Positions 31,815-38,686 of a stretch of DNA of 38,686 nt are shown here, piece by piece; position 1 is the stretch's first letter, and each line of letters begins with the position of its first letter. The notes under the pieces are model-generated. The model was not told where the DNA came from. It did not search any database and saw nothing but the letters and a program-made list of their open reading frames with translations. The stretch covers positions 1 through 38,686 of the forward strand of contig JANOQU010000199.1 of the NCBI GenBank assembly GCA_031422355.1, written 5' to 3'. The translations under genes and the position numbers were made by a program. This DNA is from Actinomycetes bacterium (GTDB lineage Bacteria; Actinomycetota; Acidimicrobiia; Acidimicrobiales; Ilumatobacteraceae).

Positions 31815-32522
31815 ATGCCTGAGCTGACTGATGCCGGGGCGACGCCTCTCGACGCCCTCGGCGTGATCGCGAGTCAGGACGTCATGATCACGCCGTCCCT
31901 TCGCCACGCTGAATTCTTCACAATGAGAGGTCTGCTCACGGTGCTCTGGCACGAGGTGCCAGATGAGGTAGCCCCCACTCCCGCTGCGATTGTTGCCTGC
32001 GGCGGCGCAATGGGTGGGCTGCTCGGACCTGCCAACGGCCTATATCACCGGCTCGGCGAGTCGTGGTCGCAGCGCGGCGTTGCCGTTTTGCGGGTGGACT
32101 ACCGGCGGCCGAACGATCTCGATTCGTGCTGTGTCGACGTCGCCGCAGCAGTGCAACTTGCGGTTGTCGGTGGCGGCGCCGAGCGGGTGGTGTTGATTGG
32201 TCACAGCTTCGGCGGAGCGGTTGCGGTCAGGGTGGCCGTTGGACTGGCGGAGATGGTCTCGGGCGTCGTCACGTTCGCGACCCAGTCGGCCGGGTGCGAG
32301 ATCGCCGCAGGACTGGCCGGTCGCCCGTTGCTGTTGTTTCACGGCGACTGCGACGAGATTCTTCCAATGCAGTCCAGCGAAGTGGTCCTGGCGATGGCCG
32401 GTACCGGCGAGGTCGTGGTCTGCGAGGGTGACGGTCATTTGTTGGCCAAGAGTTCCGACATGGTGTTCGCGCGCCTCGAGCAGTGGTTACCTGGCGCGTT
32501 GAGTCTTGCCATCGCGGAGTGA
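31815..32522 (+). CDS. Alpha/beta hydrolase (dienelactone-hydrolase-like)
   Basis: AAIVACGGAMGG, nucleophile elbow VVLIGHSFGGAVAV, and LLLFHGDCDEILP...GDGHLL. The start is uncertain (ATG 31815, 31884 or 31923). Confidence 0.7.
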   Translation: MPELTDAGATPLDALGVIASQDVMITPSLRHAEFFTMRGLLTVLWHEVPDEVAPTPAAIVACGGAMGGLLGPANGLYHRLGESWSQRGVAVLRVDYRRPNDLDSCCVDVAAAVQLAVVGGGAERVVLIGHSFGGAVAVRVAVGLAEMVSGVVTFATQSAGCEIAAGLAGRPLLLFHGDCDEILPMQSSEVVLAMAGTGEVVVCEGDGHLLAKSSDMVFARLEQWLPGALSLAIAE

Positions 32523-32558
32523 CGTGACTGGCGCTGAGTGTGTCAGAGAGTTGGCACG

Positions 32559-33356
32559 TCAGCGAGTTGGCTCGTGTGGTTCTTCGAACTCGTCGGGCGG
32601 CGTGCCGGATTCCACGGTTGGTTCAGCGGACGGCTCGATCCTGAGAATCCACGTGCCTGCGCCGAGCGGAGGATTTGCGCCGAAACCACTTGGGTTCGAC
32701 GGTGGTGGCGTTGCTCGGCCACCAGGGTGATTGTTGGTCGAGAGCAGGCCGCCGATGATGGGCAGCGCCACGACGTTGGCGGCGTGCAGAATCCCCATGA
32801 TCAGCAAGATGCCGCCGATTCGGGCGACCTCGTCCTTGAGTTGAGCCCCGGTCGACATTTGCCATTTCCTCGGTTGAACGAATGTCACCGTGAACAGCAC
32901 GAACGACGTGAAGATGAGGTAGTACGCGACATCGGTGAGCACGAGATAGCTCTTGCCCGTTCTCGGGTTGGCCCGAAAGACATCGGCAGCGTAGGAACGG
33001 CCGAATCGTTTGATGAACGGGCCGAGCCCGACGGCGAGCGCGACGAGAACGATGTTGGTGATCAGTTCGATTACCCACCACGACATATTGAACCCCTTGC
33101 TCTGCGGACCGGTGCCGGTCTGGTTGACGGTGTGATTGACGGACGTGTCGAGTGCGGCGAGGCCGAGGGCGAGTGCCGCGTTCGCAGCGATGAAAAAGGT
33201 GAGCCATCCGGCTAACTTCCAGCGCCATCGCCGGCGGTCGATCGAGTCCTGCAGCGAGCGGCTGACTCGGGCGAACAGATCGGGCGAGTCCTGAACCGTC
33301 GCCCGAGCGTCGGCGAATGCTTCGAACAGTCGACGCTCGAGGTCGACGGCGCTCAT
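32559..33356 (-). CDS. Polytopic membrane protein downstream of the ECF sigma (candidate anti-sigma / regulatory partner)
   Basis: It starts 13 nt after the sigma gene stop. A soluble N-terminus of about 45 aa (MSAVDLERRLFEAFADARATVQDSPDLFARVSRSL) is followed by 5-6 hydrophobic helices. No ZAS motif. Confidence 0.55.
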   Translation of the reverse strand: MSAVDLERRLFEAFADARATVQDSPDLFARVSRSLQDSIDRRRWRWKLAGWLTFFIAANAALALGLAALDTSVNHTVNQTGTGPQSKGFNMSWWVIELITNIVLVALAVGLGPFIKRFGRSYAADVFRANPRTGKSYLVLTDVAYYLIFTSFVLFTVTFVQPRKWQMSTGAQLKDEVARIGGILLIMGILHAANVVALPIIGGLLSTNNHPGGRATPPPSNPSGFGANPPLGAGTWILRIEPSAEPTVESGTPPDEFEEPHEPTR

Positions 33357-33369
33357 CGGTGACTCGAAA

Positions 33370-33966
33370 TCATCGGTGACCCAGGATGCCGTCGAGCCGG
33401 GCCATCGCCCTCCGGAGGTGAGTTTTCACGGAGTTGACCGAGACGCCAAGCGTTGCCGCGATCTGCTCGATCGACGACTCCTCGAAGTAGCGAAGGGTGA
33501 CGCAGTCACGTTGACGGATCGGCAACAGCCGAACCGCGTCGATGATCCGACGATGGTCGTCGGATCGGGCGAGCTCGTCACTGACCGGATCTTCGATGTC
33601 GATCTCGCGTCCAGCGGTGGCGTGGTGGCGCAGCGATACCAAACCCCGCCGGTTGTGGTCACGGGCCAGGTTCAGGACAATCGATCGCAGGTAGGCCGGG
33701 GCTCGTTCGATGTCATTGATCGCACCGGCGTGGCGAGCCAAACGAAGGAACGCCTCTTGCACGATGTCCTCTGCGGCGTCGCGATCGTCGACGAACAGGC
33801 GGGCCAACCGAACCAACGATTGACCCTCCACCTGGAACAACCTGACCACGAGTTCATGCGTGGTGCCGACGTCCAAGAGCGACTCGCCGTGCAGACGAGC
33901 CGAGATCTGGCTCCACAGCGCCCAGGTCGGGCAAGGCGACCGAATCGGGATCAGGACGACGTGCAC
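33370..33966 (-). CDS. ECF-type RNA polymerase sigma-70 family factor
   Basis: Region 2 AAEDIVQEAFLRLARH...YLRSIVLNLARDHNRR. Region 4 LPIRQRDCVTLRYFEESSIEQIAATLGVSVNSVKTHLRRAMARL. GTG start at 33966; the upstream codons have high GC3. Confidence 0.85.
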   Translation of the reverse strand: MHVVLIPIRSPCPTWALWSQISARLHGESLLDVGTTHELVVRLFQVEGQSLVRLARLFVDDRDAAEDIVQEAFLRLARHAGAINDIERAPAYLRSIVLNLARDHNRRGLVSLRHHATAGREIDIEDPVSDELARSDDHRRIIDAVRLLPIRQRDCVTLRYFEESSIEQIAATLGVSVNSVKTHLRRAMARLDGILGHR

Positions 33967-33997
33967 GAGAATCAGTCGACTCGCTCACTGTCGGCCG

Positions 33998-34747
33998 TCA
34001 CAAGATCGCTGTGATGTCGTTCGCGAGCGCCCACGCGCTCAAGCTTGCCACCACCAGCAATGCAGCCCGAACGAGAGGTTGACCGAAGCGCTGGCCCGCT
34101 GAACGAACGCGGTCGTTCTGCACACTGATCGCGACGATCGGAACCACAGTCACCAATGCGATCCCCAGGCCGATCAGCATGAATGGAAACGCGAGCGGCG
34201 CAGACGCAATGACTGTCCGCTTGACATTGACCCACCACCACACGCGCCACCTTTCGATGAGCCACGCAATCGCGGCAGTGGTCAGCGCTGGCACGACGAT
34301 GAACATCGCGACTGCCAACGACAGTGGCTTGAGGACGACGAAGTCGATTCCGTCGCCGTGCAGGATCATCGCCCCGCCCGTGAGCGCGCCGAAGAGCGCT
34401 GCGATGATGATTCGCCACCGAGCGGGCAGCACCCATCGGACTGCCACGTATGCGAGGCCGGTGACTGCGCCCAGGAAGGCACAGAAGATCATCAGGAAAA
34501 GCGTGCCACCGCTGATGACGCCGATCTCGAAGCCATCGTCGGTTTCCGCTCCGCTGAGACGGTCGTCCGATGTCAACCGAAGCACGAACATTGCAAGCCG
34601 ACCGGTGATGCCGCCGACGAGGAAACCTCCCCACGCGCCGCCTGCAGCGCCGAGTACGACCCAACTGAATACGCGACTGAACGGAGGTCGTTCATCGATG
34701 ACAGGCGAGGACTCGTCCACTGGCTGGATCTCTGAAGTTGCCGACAT
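33998..34747 (-). CDS. Polytopic membrane protein (uncharacterised)
   Basis: The internal ATG at 34747 gives MSATSEIQPVDESS..., followed by 6-7 hydrophobic helices. It lies on the same strand, immediately upstream of the ECF sigma gene. Confidence 0.55.
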   Translation of the reverse strand: MSATSEIQPVDESSPVIDERPPFSRVFSWVVLGAAGGAWGGFLVGGITGRLAMFVLRLTSDDRLSGAETDDGFEIGVISGGTLFLMIFCAFLGAVTGLAYVAVRWVLPARWRIIIAALFGALTGGAMILHGDGIDFVVLKPLSLAVAMFIVVPALTTAAIAWLIERWRVWWWVNVKRTVIASAPLAFPFMLIGLGIALVTVVPIVAISVQNDRVRSAGQRFGQPLVRAALLVVASLSAWALANDITAIL

Positions 34748-34889
34748 ACAGCAACTGACGAACGAGAGCCGCCGGCGGGTGACAGGTACCCAAAATTCCT
34801 CGGCGCCATCAGTGCGCTGACTTGGGAGAATGCGTCGTATTGTCGGACGTTGCCGGGCTTGCTCGCTGGTTGCCGAAAGGGTGGTTCTC

Positions 34890-35417
34890 ATGGTCAGTAC
34901 GCCAGACATTGGCGAACGATTGCAGCGCGTCGTCGATCAGCAGGAGATCCGCGACGTCGTCTATCGATACTGCCGAGGCATCGACCGCCGCGACTTCGAT
35001 CTCGTGCGAAGTTGCTATCACCCTGATGGCGTCGACGATCACGGCGACTTCCGCAGGAACGTCGACGAATTCATCGTCTACGTACAGCACACGTTGCCGC
35101 GATTTGAGCGAACGATGCACTTCATCGGCAACGTGCTCGTGGAGCCAGATGGTGACGAAGCCCGATGCGAGAGCTACGTCGTCGCCTACCACCATCTTGG
35201 TGTCAGCCGCACCAAGCCGAAGCGGGATTTCGTCGCCGGGCTGCGCTACGTGGACGACTTCGAACGCCGAGATGGCGAGTGGCGGATTGCGTCTCGGGTG
35301 TGCGTGTTCGAGTGGTCCCGTGTCGACGATGTGGCGCCCGGTGGTTGGGTTCCCGGCCCGACCGCAACGGTTGGCCAAATCGACGGAACCGATGTGGTGT
35401 TCGCCGCGAAGAAATGA
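34890..35417 (+). CDS. SnoaL-like / NTF2-superfamily protein (SnoaL_4-type)
   Basis: ATG at 34890 preceded by AAGGGTGG. LQRVVDQQEIRDVVYRYCRGIDRRDFDLVRSCYHPDG...HFIGNVLVE...RYVDDFERRDGEWRIASR is the typical SnoaL_4 pattern. The antisense ORF 34809-35588 is a shadow. Confidence 0.75.
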   Translation: MVSTPDIGERLQRVVDQQEIRDVVYRYCRGIDRRDFDLVRSCYHPDGVDDHGDFRRNVDEFIVYVQHTLPRFERTMHFIGNVLVEPDGDEARCESYVVAYHHLGVSRTKPKRDFVAGLRYVDDFERRDGEWRIASRVCVFEWSRVDDVAPGGWVPGPTATVGQIDGTDVVFAAKK

Positions 35418-35534
35418 CCAATCGCAGCTCAATTTCGAGTAGGCGTCAGAGAAATTGACAATATCGTCAACAACTGTGGCTGAACTCAGCTCACGATTGT
35501 CGATCCGGTCTGATGACGCGCGATCATCTGCCCC

Positions 35535-36437
35535 ATGTCTTCGCTCGTAGAGGTTCGACGCTTCCTCCATTGCAACTACAACTGCCACGATGTGGATCGG
35601 CTCGAAGCGTTCTACGTCGAACTGTTCGGACTTCGGGTGGTGATGCGTTCGGCAAGTTCGGGCACTGACGCCAGCCCATTCGGCATCTACGGGACATCGT
35701 CTGCGAAGGCGTCATTCGTCTACGACCACCGCGGTGGCCGGCGGACGACGTCGCTGGAACTGGTCGAATGGTTGGAGCCGGGCACTGTTGGATCGGTCTA
35801 TCCCGACCCGTGGAATCGGGGGATTCAGTCGGCTGCTTATTCGGCCTCAGACCTCGACGCAACCGCGGCATTGGCCACATCACTCGGGGCAACCGTCGTA
35901 CGTCGATCCGATGACTGGTTGTTGCTCCAAGACCCAGAGGGCGTCGCTCTCGAAGTGATCCGGGCCGACGGTCCAAGCGAGGCCCGCTACGTGCGAATCG
36001 TCGTGTCCGACATAGAGCGTTCTGCGGCGTGGTGGACTCAACTGGGCTTCACCGAAGGGAGTCTGGCCTCGATCGCCGGCCGTGAATTCTGGCCCGGTGA
36101 CGACACGCACAGCATCACGGACGAGCGGAGCCTGGTCGCTACCGACGACCCCACGTTCGGGATACTTCTGACGACGTGGTCAGGTCCGCTTCCTACGGGG
36201 CCCACCTACGGCATGCCGTACCACCAAGGCCTCTACCGTTTGGCGATGGCCGTCGATGACATCGAGGCAGCCTTTGTTGCGCTCGAACAGGCTGGCGTCG
36301 CACGCCAGAGCCCGTACACGTTCCAGCTTCCGGGGACCAAGCTGACCGATGGTCTGAGAATGATGTTCATTCGAGATCCGGACGGGATCCTGATCGAACT
36401 GGTCGACCGTCCCCGCCAACCTGTCCAGACGAGCTGA
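35535..36437 (+). CDS. Two-domain VOC (glyoxalase / bleomycin-resistance / extradiol dioxygenase) family protein
   Basis: Two beta-alpha-beta-beta-beta modules: FLHCNYNCHDVDRLEAFYVELFGL... and YVRIVVSDIERSAAWWTQLGF...FIRDPDGILIELV. Confidence 0.7.
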   Translation: MSSLVEVRRFLHCNYNCHDVDRLEAFYVELFGLRVVMRSASSGTDASPFGIYGTSSAKASFVYDHRGGRRTTSLELVEWLEPGTVGSVYPDPWNRGIQSAAYSASDLDATAALATSLGATVVRRSDDWLLLQDPEGVALEVIRADGPSEARYVRIVVSDIERSAAWWTQLGFTEGSLASIAGREFWPGDDTHSITDERSLVATDDPTFGILLTTWSGPLPTGPTYGMPYHQGLYRLAMAVDDIEAAFVALEQAGVARQSPYTFQLPGTKLTDGLRMMFIRDPDGILIELVDRPRQPVQTS

Positions 36438-36445
36438 GGTCGGTC

Positions 36446-37090
36446 ATGTCGAACGCAGCCGAACGTCTTCGCCTGATTGTCGAGCCAGCTCACACGGTCG
36501 TACTGACGATGGAGTTGCAGAAGGGCGTCGTTGGCGAGAATGCCTTGCTCCAAGCGTTGCCGACGGCGGTCAGTGAGGCAGGTATTCTGGCCGTCGCCGG
36601 GGGCGTCTGCCGCCGTGCCCGAGAGGTCGGCGTCCGGGTGCTGCATGCGACGATGGAGGAACGCGCGGACGGTGCCGGGCAGGTGGTGAATTGTAAGATC
36701 TTTGCGTTTGCCGCCAAGCGCCGAGCTGAACTGGGTTCGTCGCCAACTGACATCGGACAGCCCGGTACGGCGCTCGTCGATGAACTCGACGTTCAGCCAT
36801 CGGACATCACGGTGGCGCGGATGCACGGCATGACGCCGTTCACAGGCACAGAGTTGGACTCGATTATCCGCAACCTCCGTGCCAGCACCATCGTGTTGAT
36901 GGGGGTGTCGTTGAATCTCGGAATCATGGGAGCTGCGCTGAGCGCTGTGGATCTCGGCTACCAGGTGGTCATCGTGCGTGACGCAGTCGTCGGGATCCCC
37001 AAGGAATACGGCGAAGCGGTCCTTGCCAACTCATTGTCGATGATCGCTACCGTCGTGACCGCTGACGAGTTGGTCCAGGCCTGGCCCTGA
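36446..37090 (+). CDS. Cysteine hydrolase / isochorismatase-family protein
   Basis: VVLTMELQKG..., HGMTPFTGTELDSIIRNLRASTIVLMGVSLNLGIMGAALSAVDLGYQVVIVRDA. RBS GAGGT upstream. Confidence 0.75.
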   Translation: MSNAAERLRLIVEPAHTVVLTMELQKGVVGENALLQALPTAVSEAGILAVAGGVCRRAREVGVRVLHATMEERADGAGQVVNCKIFAFAAKRRAELGSSPTDIGQPGTALVDELDVQPSDITVARMHGMTPFTGTELDSIIRNLRASTIVLMGVSLNLGIMGAALSAVDLGYQVVIVRDAVVGIPKEYGEAVLANSLSMIATVVTADELVQAWP

Positions 37091-37111
37091 CGAACCGGTA
37101 GTCCGCGCCTC

Positions 37112-37125
37112 ACATACTTATGTAT
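37112..37125. promoter_or_regulatory. AT-rich palindrome overlapping the mntA start (candidate autoregulatory operator)
   Basis: ACATACTTATGTAT: inverted repeat ACATA-CT-TATGT, in an otherwise GC-rich context, immediately at the start of the HTH-containing antitoxin gene. Confidence 0.35.
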
Positions 37126-37623
37126 ATGGCAATTCAAGTGACTGCGCAATTGGTCCGTCAGTTTCGCGAGCACGCTGGCGTGACACAGACCGAGCTTGCG
37201 CGATGCTCGGGTATGGCGCAGTCTGCGATTTCGGACTACGAACGAGGTCGAAAGGAGCCGTCGCTGTCGACGTTGCAGCGTTTGGCTGCAGCGGTTGAGC
37301 TCGATACGGAACTCAGCTACTCGGCCGCGCCGCCAGCGACGTCGTTGCGTGCATTGCGACGGCAGCGCAAGGGGATTCTTAAGGTCTGTGAGCGCTACGG
37401 CGCTTCGAATCCTCGGATCTTCGGGTCAATCGCCCGAGGTGATTCGCGGCCAGATTCGGATGTCGACCTTCTCGTCGATCTCGAAGCCGGCCGCACCCTG
37501 TTCGATCTCGCCGGACTTCACGACGATCTCGTTGACCTGCTTGGCCGAGAGGTTGACATCCTGACTCCCGGCGCGCTGCGCGGGCGACTCGCCCACATTG
37601 CCGCCGAGGCACGTCCATTGTGA
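37120..37623 (+). CDS. mntA: XRE-type HTH fused to a minimal nucleotidyltransferase (MntA-like type VII antitoxin)
   Basis: N-terminal HTH LVRQFREHAGVTQTELARCSGMAQSAISDYERGRKEPSLSTLQRLAAAV. C-terminal NTase motif FGSIARGDSRPDSDVDLLVDL. The stop overlaps the GTG of the next gene (GTGA). Confidence 0.8.
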   Translation: MYMAIQVTAQLVRQFREHAGVTQTELARCSGMAQSAISDYERGRKEPSLSTLQRLAAAVELDTELSYSAAPPATSLRALRRQRKGILKVCERYGASNPRIFGSIARGDSRPDSDVDLLVDLEAGRTLFDLAGLHDDLVDLLGREVDILTPGALRGRLAHIAAEARPL

Positions 37624-37955
37624 GGAGTCAGGACGACCGGATTGCAGACATCGTTGCTGCGGTGAACGACGCTGCTGCGGTGGTGGAGCACGGTCACAAG
37701 GTCTTCGTGTCGGACCCCCTGTTGATCCGCGCCGCGAAGAACATCATTGCTGAGATCGGCGAAGCAACCAAGGGACTCGACGACGACGTGTTGGCGACGA
37801 TGCCAGGGGTTCCTTGGAAGAATGTCAAGGGGACGCGCGACAAGGTGGGCCACGACTACCCCGAGATCGACCTGGATCTCCTCTGGGAGACGCTCGCGAA
37901 CGGTTTGCCGAGGTTGGGCCTTGCCATCGCCAACCGCGCAGATCCGAAACTGTGA
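37620..37955 (+). CDS. hepT: HepT-like HEPN-domain toxin (DUF86)
   Basis: HEPN R-x4-H-x-Y motif RDKVGHDY. It is about 110 aa and is translationally coupled to the NTase gene. Confidence 0.8.
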   Translation: MRSQDDRIADIVAAVNDAAAVVEHGHKVFVSDPLLIRAAKNIIAEIGEATKGLDDDVLATMPGVPWKNVKGTRDKVGHDYPEIDLDLLWETLANGLPRLGLAIANRADPKL

Positions 37956-38025
37956 ACTCCTTCGGATCAGCTCGGTCGTCGAGAGCGACCGTCGTGCCGC
38001 CGTATGCATTGCAATCGGTGGTTCG

Positions 38026-38499
38026 ATGGTGATCATGCAGCGCATGATCACGGGATTCCGCCAGGATGAGGTCGGCGACTGGGTGGCTGATCTCGCGTGT
38101 CTGCATGCCCAGCACGTTCGGCACCGGCCTCCGCTCCTGCCGCGGCCGTGGGTGGAGACCGCCGCCGGGCGAGGCGAGCATCTCGCGACGATGATCGACT
38201 GCCCGCTATGCGATCGCGCCGAAATTCCCGACGGGCTCGAGGTTGCGCGAACCGTCGGACCGTTTGACGAGACCACGTTGCCAGCGGGTCTTCGAAGAGA
38301 TCATCGAGTCGCTGATGCGACGTGGGGTCGCCTTCATGTCCTGGCTGGTTCGGCGCGTTTCACGATGGCCGTGGAGCCACCGATCGATGTCGACCTGCTC
38401 GCAGGTGACTCTCAACCAATTCCTCCCGGAGTCCTGCACACAGTCGTGCTGACCAACGGCTCCATCGAGGTCGACTTCCTCATCGCTGTGCGTCGGTAG
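38026..38499 (+). CDS. DUF3565 / DUF1971 (TehB-N-like) fusion protein
   Basis: DWVADLACLHAQHVRHRPPLLPRPWV...DCPLCDR is DUF3565-like and Zn-ribbon-like. TLPAGLRRDHRVADATWGRLHVLAGSARF...GVLHTV is DUF1971-like. The start could be any of ATG 38026, 38035 or 38044. Confidence 0.6.
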   Translation: MVIMQRMITGFRQDEVGDWVADLACLHAQHVRHRPPLLPRPWVETAAGRGEHLATMIDCPLCDRAEIPDGLEVARTVGPFDETTLPAGLRRDHRVADATWGRLHVLAGSARFTMAVEPPIDVDLLAGDSQPIPPGVLHTVVLTNGSIEVDFLIAVRR

Positions 38500-38524
38500 C
38501 GGCAATGGAACGTCGCCCGCGACC

Positions 38525-38599
38525 GGTGAAAAACACTCCCATGTTCCTGAAAGTCCCCGTAACACGGGGATTCGCAAGAACATGGGCGTGAGGTTCACC
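38525..38599. terminator. Nested imperfect hairpin between convergent genes
   Basis: Three nested pairings: GGTGAA/TTCACC (outer), CCCATGTTC/GAACATGGG (9-bp perfect; 38538-38546 with 38578-38586) and CCCCG-taaca-CGGGG (inner; 38555-38569). Confidence 0.4.
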
Positions 38600-38613
38600 G
38601 CAACCCGGGGCGA

Positions 38614-38686
38614 TCAGAGTGTGACGATGCCGGCCTTGAGCGCAGCGAGGCCATCGGCGTTGATGCAATAGCGAGTTCGAGGGCCT
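38614..38686 (-). CDS. C-terminal fragment of a possible ArsR/SmtB-like regulator; the 5' end lies outside the window
   Basis: The minus-strand reading from the window edge, ...GPRTRYCINADGLAALKAGIVTL*, resembles the wing and C-terminus of ArsR-family proteins. Only about 24 codons are visible. Confidence 0.3.
   Translation of the reverse strand, partial: GPRTRYCINADGLAALKAGIVTL

Noticed and set aside
1-38686. Possible window-wide over-representation of TGGCACG / TTCTGGCA. Copies were noticed at 4425, 5443, 8340, 17005/17026, 20886/20917 and 31945.
   Set aside because: A rough composition-based expectation for a 7-mer of this base make-up on both strands of 38.7 kb is of the order of nine. 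That is about what I counted by eye. Only the local cluster at 13348-13450 stands out. A genome-wide count would be needed to claim a dispersed repeat family.

Overview
High-GC (by eye about two-thirds G+C) actinobacterial chromosomal segment of about 38.7 kb, densely coded on both strands. No rRNA, tRNA, CRISPR array or transposase is visible. The lineage looks mycothiol-type: it has an MshA-like GT4 fragment and a SigH/RsrA pair. The gene order (mshA-like, ybjN-like ... proC ... epimerase plus acyltransferase-like ... hemACD/hemB/hemL) resembles the mycobacterial Rv0486-Rv0524 neighbourhood as I recall it.

Main blocks:
1. 1-7025: GT4 fragment, YbjN-like protein, NAD-epimerase translationally coupled to a family III CoA-transferase, proC, a DUF62 SAM hydroxide adenosyltransferase and an acyl-CoA synthetase.
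2. 7077-10771: a rex-hemA-hemC-hemD operon.
3. 10840-17515: a roughly 6.7 kb module of large exported or membrane beta-propeller and Ig-like proteins plus a HAD hydrolase. It separates hemACD from hemB-hemL (17622-19996).
4. 20946-24497 (minus strand): a tightly coupled four-gene operon of epimerase, degenerate acyltransferase-like protein, alpha/beta hydrolase and FAD oxidoreductase.
5. 24663-26552: an M23 peptidase carrying three tandem Cys-paired repeats of about 115 aa.
6. 26606-30040 (minus strand): metalloprotease, tilS, a dual-specificity-phosphatase-like protein whose catalytic Cys is Asn, and a DUF2510/scramblase-like protein.
7. 30304-31796 (minus strand): MarR-sigH-rsrA. The sigH reading frame appears broken by a 1-nt indel inside region 4.2.
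8. 32559-34747: an ECF sigma with flanking membrane proteins.
9. 34890-37090: SnoaL, VOC and isochorismatase genes.
10. 37120-37955: an XRE-HTH::MntA / HepT type VII toxin-antitoxin pair.
11. 38026-38686: a DUF3565/DUF1971 protein, then an ArsR-like fragment at the right edge.

Several structured or repeat-rich intergenic regions (3275-3371, 4240-4476, 13348-13450) are not explained by the coding annotation. I did not find a clear, complete novel multi-gene system. The best leads are the sigH frameshift, the pseudo-phosphatase/scramblase pair, the repeat module on the M23 peptidase, the Cys-ladder extension on HemL and the surface-protein module inside the hem cluster. All protein-family calls rest on motif recognition by eye, not on database searches.
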